Below are positions 58,618 through 64,000 of a stretch of 64,000 nucleotides of DNA, piece by piece; positions within the stretch are counted from its first letter, which is position 1, and each line of letters begins with the position of its first letter. The position numbers were made by a program, and so were the translations under genes. The notes under the pieces were generated by a model. That model ran no database searches and was not told the origin of the DNA. It worked only from the letters and a program-made list of their open reading frames with translations. Source of the stretch: a virus; IMG/VR virus record IMGVR_UViG_3300032323_000739, positions 1 through 64,000 of that record; one strand, written 5' to 3'.

Positions 58618-59918
58618 GTGCTTTCCTGCCAGTGTGAATTGCGTGACAAACAACGATTTGTAATTTTATTTCTAGCATCTGATATTTCAGTTTTACTATG
58701 TAAAAAATTGCTAATCATAAAATAATTTAAAATAGTGCTAGTGTGTATAAATGCATTATCTAACTTTGAAACTATTAAATCAATTTTTGATAAAAGATCA
58801 ATATTATGAAACTCTACTTCTAAATTTTTAAAATGGTCCCAGTTGTTTAATATTTTTTCATTTAATCCTTGATACTTTTGAGACTCGCACTGAGCACTAT
58901 CTAAGTGCGGTTCAATACCGATATTTCTTTCTTTTGCCCAGGAGTTAGCGAACTCTTGATAATTTTTTCCGTCCCATGTTTGATATAAAGATTTTTTAAA
59001 TTCTATATTATTAGGATTTAAATCATAAAAAATTATTTTCTTAGCATTACTGGTAAGTGCCATGCTTTCACCTAAAAGTCCGTTAGCCGGACTGATTACT
59101 ACATCTGCTTGTATGTGCGGAGCATGACAGTCCCAGTGCCACACATTTAAATAATTAAATTCTAAAGCCTTTTTAATAATAGCAATAATCATTATTTGAC
59201 TTTCATCAAGATCATCTGTAATTGTTAAAGATTTAAGTGCTGGTTCAAATAATTCTGGACGTATTTTAGGATAAAAATGGCCACGTGCCGGCAAGCGATA
59301 TCTATCTTTATCAAACCCTAAGTCGTCAACTAAATCTTCTATAGAAATAAATTTTAAATTATTTTCTGGATATCTCCAGTCTTCGTCAAAGTTAACAACT
59401 GTATAGCCTTGGTTTAGTGCCTCCTCCATAACGGCTGCTCCAAAGTCCATGACTCTTTCTGTTTTTTCTTCTGCCAAATACACACTAAGTGGAGCATGTC
59501 CGCAGTTCATGTCGCCGTGCCCTCGAACAAATCTGGATCCATAATCTTCGTAAGAAGAAAAATTTAATCCTTTAGGAAATGCGCGAGTATTAATAATAAA
59601 ACATTGATCGTGTAAGTGGGGAGTGGTGTCCTCGGGGTACCAAATAATATGCCCCATAACTCCGATATTATCAGTTAAACTATGTATTTTATTCCACAAG
59701 TGATCTCTGTTAATAATCACATCGCCTGCAGTTTCCACAAACAGCCAGTCGGCCTGATCTAAATAATCATTAATTTGTTCATAACTATTCACTGTAACTA
59801 CTGGATAGTTGCCTTCGCTAAGTTGATACTGTCCTGCCTCTGTAATCTGTAACATCTTAGCATCTAGCCAAGGATGATTAGTAGAGATCTGTACTGTAAT
59901 AAAAATAACCCGATTCAT
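58614..59918 (-). CDS. Hypothetical protein (possible GT-A-like N-terminal and methyltransferase-like C-terminal domains)
   Basis: 434-aa ORF coupled to neighbours. LH.QCF.IN and IIFYD.N....F are suggestive only. Confidence 0.4.
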   Translation of the reverse strand: MNRVIFITVQISTNHPWLDAKMLQITEAGQYQLSEGNYPVVTVNSYEQINDYLDQADWLFVETAGDVIINRDHLWNKIHSLTDNIGVMGHIIWYPEDTTPHLHDQCFIINTRAFPKGLNFSSYEDYGSRFVRGHGDMNCGHAPLSVYLAEEKTERVMDFGAAVMEEALNQGYTVVNFDEDWRYPENNLKFISIEDLVDDLGFDKDRYRLPARGHFYPKIRPELFEPALKSLTITDDLDESQIMIIAIIKKALEFNYLNVWHWDCHAPHIQADVVISPANGLLGESMALTSNAKKIIFYDLNPNNIEFKKSLYQTWDGKNYQEFANSWAKERNIGIEPHLDSAQCESQKYQGLNEKILNNWDHFKNLEVEFHNIDLLSKIDLIVSKLDNAFIHTSTILNYFMISNFLHSKTEISDARNKITNRCLSRNSHWQEST

Positions 59919-60558
59919 CTTGTTTTTCCAATGCTTGTTTCATCATGTCTTTCCATTCTGGCGTACTGTCATGATGATGTACTATTAAATGATAACGATC
60001 TTCCGTGCTACGATTTTCTATACTATGTTCATAACTGAGATTCATAGCATAGGCATCTCCAGGTTTAAAATCAACCTTAGATCCGTCTGTCCACTGCCAA
60101 ACACAATTAGGATGATTAGTGAGGGCAATATTTACAGCATCCGGTATAGAGTAAGGACTGTCCCGATGTTGACTAATAAACCCACCTGCTTTTAACAACA
60201 TAAATCTTACTCTGCCTAATTGTTGACTAGGAAAGACATTTTTTAACCAATTTACTGTTACTGGGCATTGCTCTGCAATTTCAGTCCATGTAAAATCTTT
60301 AGCAGCCTCGCGTGGACTAGCGTATCCGTAGGCATCCCAACTCATAGGACGATCTAACCCTAATCCGTATATAGGTAAACTAAACCAATCGTGGTGGTCG
60401 TATCCGTCATCTTTTCTATATCTAATAAATTGATCTTTTAACGACTGTGCTTCGGCAGCCATGGCTTCGTGTGGGATTTCCAAATCTAATTTTAAACATT
60501 TGGCAGAAGTGTATAGATATTCTCTTGCACCTTCTGTATATTCTTTACTAAAATTCAT
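59878..60558 (-). CDS. Aspartyl/asparaginyl beta-hydroxylase-like Fe/2OG oxygenase
   Basis: CP.T..WL, RVRFM.L..GG.I..HRD, NIAL, G.......EHS..N.S..DRYHLI. Confidence 0.8.
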   Translation of the reverse strand: MNFSKEYTEGAREYLYTSAKCLKLDLEIPHEAMAAEAQSLKDQFIRYRKDDGYDHHDWFSLPIYGLGLDRPMSWDAYGYASPREAAKDFTWTEIAEQCPVTVNWLKNVFPSQQLGRVRFMLLKAGGFISQHRDSPYSIPDAVNIALTNHPNCVWQWTDGSKVDFKPGDAYAMNLSYEHSIENRSTEDRYHLIVHHHDSTPEWKDMMKQALEKQDESGYFYYSTDLY

Positions 60559-60562
60559 AATG

Positions 60563-60603
60563 TACTTATTTTATTTTAGCACCATGGAAATAAAAAGTAA
60601 ATA
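60563..60603. promoter_or_regulatory. Divergent late-promoter-like motifs: AATAAGTA (minus, 60570-60563) and TAAATA (plus, 60598-60603)
   Basis: They lie 4 nt and 6 nt before their start codons respectively, with no SD sequence. Confidence 0.55.
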
Positions 60604-60609
60604 CCCAGT

Positions 60610-61695
60610 ATGTTTAAATTTGACGAACTTCAAACCATTCATTTAGAAATAACCAATAACTGTCAAGCCAGTTGCCCTATGTGTGCTAGAAACTATCACG
60701 GCGGTCAGCCCAATCCATTGTTAAAAATTAATAATTGGACACTAAAAGATTTCCAAGATATTTTTACAGACGAAGTGATCGCACAAGTTAAAGGCATCTA
60801 CTTTTGTGGAAACTTTGGAGATCCGTTATTAAACAACGATTTTTTAGACATGATAAAATGGATAGTACCAAAAAGTCCTAATCTTGTTATTAATGTACAT
60901 ACCAACGGTGGTGCTCGTAAAACTGAATGGTGGGAAGAATTAGCTCGTAGCCTACCACAGAATCACATGATAAATTTTGGCATCGATGGATTGGAGGATA
61001 CACATCATTTATATCGAGTCGGAACAACCTATGAAAATGTTATACGTAATGCTAAAGCATTTATAGATGCAGGCGGTCGTGCTGAGTGGGTTTTCTTAAA
61101 ATTTAAACATAACGAACATCAGGAAGAAGAAGCGCGTCGACGTGCTAAAGATTTAGGCTTTGAAATTTTTACATTAAAAAATTCCAGTAGATTTTTAGGA
61201 GAACCTAGATATAGAGTTATTGACAAGGAAGGTAATATTACACATTATATTGAACCTCCTAATGATAACAAGATGCATTTTATTAGCAAAGAAATGATAG
61301 ATAACTATCGAGAAACTATCATGCCTCTTGAAATTAGTTGTAAGGTACAACGTGATAGAGAAATTTATATAGATGCTTTTAAGATGGTCATGCCCTGCTG
61401 TTGGTTAGCCAGCGCACCTTATACACAATATGATTATGATAATGTTAATGCGCATATACGATCTGAAATTAAACGACAGTATCACGACTTAGTTGATGCA
61501 TTAGGCGGACCACAAGCATTAGATGCTGTTAACGTTGGTATAAAAGCAGTTATAGATTCTAAACCATGGCAGACAGTGTGGGAAGAATATTGGACAAATA
61601 AGAAAATGATCATGTGTGCTCGTATATGTGGTCAAACACCTACGATTTCAAAACCAACAGATCAATTTTTAGAAAGAAAGAAATTAAACTCTTAA
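60610..61695 (+). CDS. Radical SAM protein with SPASM/twitch-like C-terminus
   Basis: CQASCPMC, GNFGDP, TNG; C-terminal C...PCCW...C..IC. Confidence 0.85.
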   Translation: MFKFDELQTIHLEITNNCQASCPMCARNYHGGQPNPLLKINNWTLKDFQDIFTDEVIAQVKGIYFCGNFGDPLLNNDFLDMIKWIVPKSPNLVINVHTNGGARKTEWWEELARSLPQNHMINFGIDGLEDTHHLYRVGTTYENVIRNAKAFIDAGGRAEWVFLKFKHNEHQEEEARRRAKDLGFEIFTLKNSSRFLGEPRYRVIDKEGNITHYIEPPNDNKMHFISKEMIDNYRETIMPLEISCKVQRDREIYIDAFKMVMPCCWLASAPYTQYDYDNVNAHIRSEIKRQYHDLVDALGGPQALDAVNVGIKAVIDSKPWQTVWEEYWTNKKMIMCARICGQTPTISKPTDQFLERKKLNS

Positions 61696-62355
61696 AATTT
61701 CGTAGTGCATTCCTGTTTGAGAAATTAAATTTTTAAAATTTTCTAAAACAGTTTCGTCTTTGTAAGAAATCATTATTTCTCTGTCGTTGATCCAACGAAA
61801 GCCAGTAATATCGCCTTGCTTTATAGCATAATTTATAAATGTACTCATGTTCACATTTATAATGTGTTTAAAATCAAAATCTCCACCTAACATTTTTATA
61901 TGAACTGGGTTTTCTTTAATGTCTGGTAAAGGAACACGAATATTTAAATGAATTCTATCTCGACTACCAAAGTTAACTGCTACATGCCTAGGCCCGGTAT
62001 CCATTAGCCAAACTTCACCGTTGACAGGAAGATGATACATTTTATTTTCATCTAAGTCGATGAGATAGCAATACGGATTAGTAGTAATCGCTAAGTGTAA
62101 CCGATCATCCGGGTCGCTGTGCGCCATGTAACATTCTTCCGGACGAAGTCTCATTAATCTGGCTTCTCCTACGTTATCCAAATTGGCTAATAGATCTCCT
62201 AACGGAGTTCCAACGAACTCGGGCTTTGTGACATACGGACCGTTAAACACAGTTCCTCTGGTTTCGTTAAGGGCTAATCTTTTATCAAATTCCAAAGACA
62301 GAACTTGATCAATAATAGATTGGATAGGAAATTTTTTGTTAGTCTGGTGTAGCAT
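61684..62355 (-). CDS. Aspartyl/asparaginyl beta-hydroxylase-like Fe/2OG oxygenase with C-terminal extension
   Basis: ARLM.L.....Y.AHSD...RLH.AI.TN, DT...H.AVNFG...RIHL. Confidence 0.7.
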   Translation of the reverse strand: MLHQTNKKFPIQSIIDQVLSLEFDKRLALNETRGTVFNGPYVTKPEFVGTPLGDLLANLDNVGEARLMRLRPEECYMAHSDPDDRLHLAITTNPYCYLIDLDENKMYHLPVNGEVWLMDTGPRHVAVNFGSRDRIHLNIRVPLPDIKENPVHIKMLGGDFDFKHIINVNMSTFINYAIKQGDITGFRWINDREIMISYKDETVLENFKNLISQTGMHYEILRV

Positions 62356-62367
62356 TTAAATACTTAT
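62356..62367. promoter_or_regulatory. 12-bp intergenic gap carrying back-to-back late-promoter motifs
   Basis: Plus strand TAAATA (62357-62362) then 5 nt then ATG 62368. Minus strand ATAAGTA (62367-62361) then 5 nt then ATG 62355. Confidence 0.6.
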
Positions 62368-63168
62368 ATGATTAGAGACACTCTAAAGGCACTTTATGAA
62401 GCAACGCCTTACACTAGCATATTACACGATATTAACGGAGTGGCCGTTCCTTTGGCACCCGATTGGCGTAATATTGGTATTAGCGTAAGTGGTGGTGCCG
62501 ACAGTGCTCTATTAGCATTTTTAATTTCTAAATTAATTAGTGAAAATAACTTTGAATCTAAAGTACACATAATTAGTAATGTGCGTATGTGGAAGTTACG
62601 CCCGTGGCAAAAATACAATAGTTTAGATGTTTTTAGATGGCTACAACAACGCTTTCCAAGCATTGAATATATTAGACATGAAAACTTTATTCCACCAGAC
62701 TTTGAGTGGGGATCTAAAGGTCCAACAATTATAGATGAATACGGTGAACTAAAAAGTGGCGACACTATCGAAATTCGAGCTCATGCAGAATATATAGCAC
62801 ACACAGAAAACCTTGATGCTTATTTTAATGCAGTAACTCACAATCCTCATGAGCCGTTAAATGGCGCAATGCCGACTAGAGACATTGCACCAGTACTAGA
62901 AAATTTAACTAAAATGATAACAGTACACATGGGTCGAGTTAGTTGTCATCCTTTTCGATTTGTAGAAAAAGATTGGATATATCAACAATACAAACATTTT
63001 AATATATTAGATTTGTATTATATAACACGCAGTTGTGAAGGTGATACTAATGTGTATCCGGAAGTGTTTAATGGATTAAACTATGAAACTTATACACCAG
63101 GGCAATATGTTCCTACTTGTGAACAATGTTTTTGGTGTCTAGAACGTAGTTGGGCGGAAAAGCAATAA
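62368..63168 (+). CDS. PP-loop ATP pyrophosphatase (QueC/adenine-nucleotide alpha-hydrolase-like)
   Basis: ISVSGGADSALL PP-loop; PF....K; TRSCE...C..CFWC.ER Zn-site-like C-terminus. Confidence 0.7.
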   Translation: MIRDTLKALYEATPYTSILHDINGVAVPLAPDWRNIGISVSGGADSALLAFLISKLISENNFESKVHIISNVRMWKLRPWQKYNSLDVFRWLQQRFPSIEYIRHENFIPPDFEWGSKGPTIIDEYGELKSGDTIEIRAHAEYIAHTENLDAYFNAVTHNPHEPLNGAMPTRDIAPVLENLTKMITVHMGRVSCHPFRFVEKDWIYQQYKHFNILDLYYITRSCEGDTNVYPEVFNGLNYETYTPGQYVPTCEQCFWCLERSWAEKQ

Positions 63169-63500
63169 TGGACATATACCACGTTTGGGCTGACAAAGCA
63201 GGGGACATTAGTGACCTCGATTGGGTTAATAATATGCGTTCTTTTTTAGATCATCTTGTTAGCGAAGGCAAGATGGTAAGTTATAGAATTACTAGATGTA
63301 AGATGGGTTTCCGTAGCATGGATATTCCTGAGTGGCATATTATGATGGAATTTAATAATATGGCACAGTTAGAAACAGCATTTCAACGTGTGGCTCCCTT
63401 AGAAGGGGAGTTAGAAGATAAACATAAAAGTTTTAATCAATTTGTGGCAGGAAACATACAGCATGCCTATTACAGAGATTGGCCAGATGGACAAAATTAA
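63168..63500 (+). CDS. Small conserved protein (dimeric alpha/beta barrel-like, DUF6614-like)
   Basis: Y..W.....SD..W......FL..L..EG....YRITRCK.GF...EWHIMMEF..MAQL..AF; TAATG coupling. Confidence 0.5.
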   Translation: MDIYHVWADKAGDISDLDWVNNMRSFLDHLVSEGKMVSYRITRCKMGFRSMDIPEWHIMMEFNNMAQLETAFQRVAPLEGELEDKHKSFNQFVAGNIQHAYYRDWPDGQN

Positions 63501-64000
63501 ATTAAATAGTTGGGACGAATTGCAACCACTTGAAGTAGTGGCTGTGGGCAGTGTGTATGATCCTAGTTTTTTTGACGGTGTAAAAAATTCACGCATATCT
63601 TCGGTGCTAAAGAAAATTATGCACGAAACTATAGAAGATATCGAATACTTCAAAACACAGATGAAAAGTCATGGTATACAAGTACTGCAAGCCACTCCTA
63701 AAGAGTTGGGTTACAAAGACAGCATACTTGATTATGTTGATGTTAACGGTAAGATGGGATTTGCCAGTGCTCGTCCTAACCTAGTTAAGAAAAACATGAT
63801 TCCAACTAGTCCTCTGCAGATTCGAGATGACAGTATAGTGATGGGCAATAAACTGTTGATTACTGATAGAACATTTGAAGTAGAAGGATATGTTAATAAG
63901 TTTATTGAATGGTTTGGCGAAGATCAAATAGATCTTAGCATATACAATGGTCGTATGGAGTTTCAACGCAGTGAATATAATTTACGTGCCGCCGCCAAGG
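63487..64000 (+). CDS. Second amidinotransferase-family protein (5' part; runs off window end)
   Basis: Manual translation from ATG 63487: MDKIKLNSWDELQPLEVVAVG...ETIED......GIQVLQ...PLQIRDDSIVMGNKL, homologous to the N-terminus of 54667-55659. Confidence 0.7.
   Translation, partial: MDKIKLNSWDELQPLEVVAVGSVYDPSFFDGVKNSRISSVLKKIMHETIEDIEYFKTQMKSHGIQVLQATPKELGYKDSILDYVDVNGKMGFASARPNLVKKNMIPTSPLQIRDDSIVMGNKLLITDRTFEVEGYVNKFIEWFGEDQIDLSIYNGRMEFQRSEYNLRAAAK

Noticed and set aside
31591-64000. A host O-antigen or capsule locus, meaning a prophage boundary or chimeric assembly at about 31.5 kb
   Set aside because: No flippase, polymerase, integrase or att site is visible, and phage late-promoter motifs and the same compact gene style continue through the island.
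1-64000. CRISPR arrays, tRNA or rRNA genes, introns, inteins, IS elements, DGR, stop-codon recoding
   Set aside because: Intergenic gaps are under about 85 nt, with no repeat-spacer pattern or cloverleaf. No transposase, RT, homing endonuclease or intein motifs were recognised. Standard-code ORFs tile the window. This was checked by eye only.

Overview
This is a 64 kb segment of a large T4-related (jumbo-type) myophage genome. It is densely coding, AT-rich and uses the standard genetic code, and it has three parts. (1) 1-1203, minus strand: the 5' part of a gp47/Mre11-like nuclease and a gp55-like late sigma factor. (2) 1286-31525, plus strand: a late baseplate and tail-fibre operon. It encodes a tube initiator, gp53-like LysM protein, hub with an N-terminal lysozyme-like domain, gp5 spike, gp25, gp6, a 4472-aa gp7-like wedge, three paralogous fibres and further structural genes, mostly preceded by (A/G)ATAA(A/G)TA late-promoter motifs. 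(3) 31591 to beyond 64000: about 40 tightly coupled glycan or small-molecule biosynthesis and tailoring genes, including about 8 glycosyltransferase-like, 4 radical SAM, 4 SGNH-like and 4 Fe/2OG oxygenases, 2 amidinotransferases, a sulfotransferase with an APS-kinase/HxGH fusion, a DegT aminotransferase and a PP-loop ATPase. The most striking element is the module at 40707-45718: nucleotidyltransferase, cupin, RuBisCO-like protein (form IV, non-carboxylating signature), kinase, 2-epi-5-epi-valiolone synthase-type cyclase and SDR. It suggests a phage-encoded activated carbasugar/aminocyclitol pathway. A nearby Fe/2OG enzyme has the HxG halogenase signature. Unusual regulatory elements include a terminator-like hairpin that contains a perfect sigma70 promoter and the next RBS, overlapping divergent early and late promoters at gp55, and probable leaderless late transcripts. 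All functional calls come from motif recognition by eye; no database searches were run.
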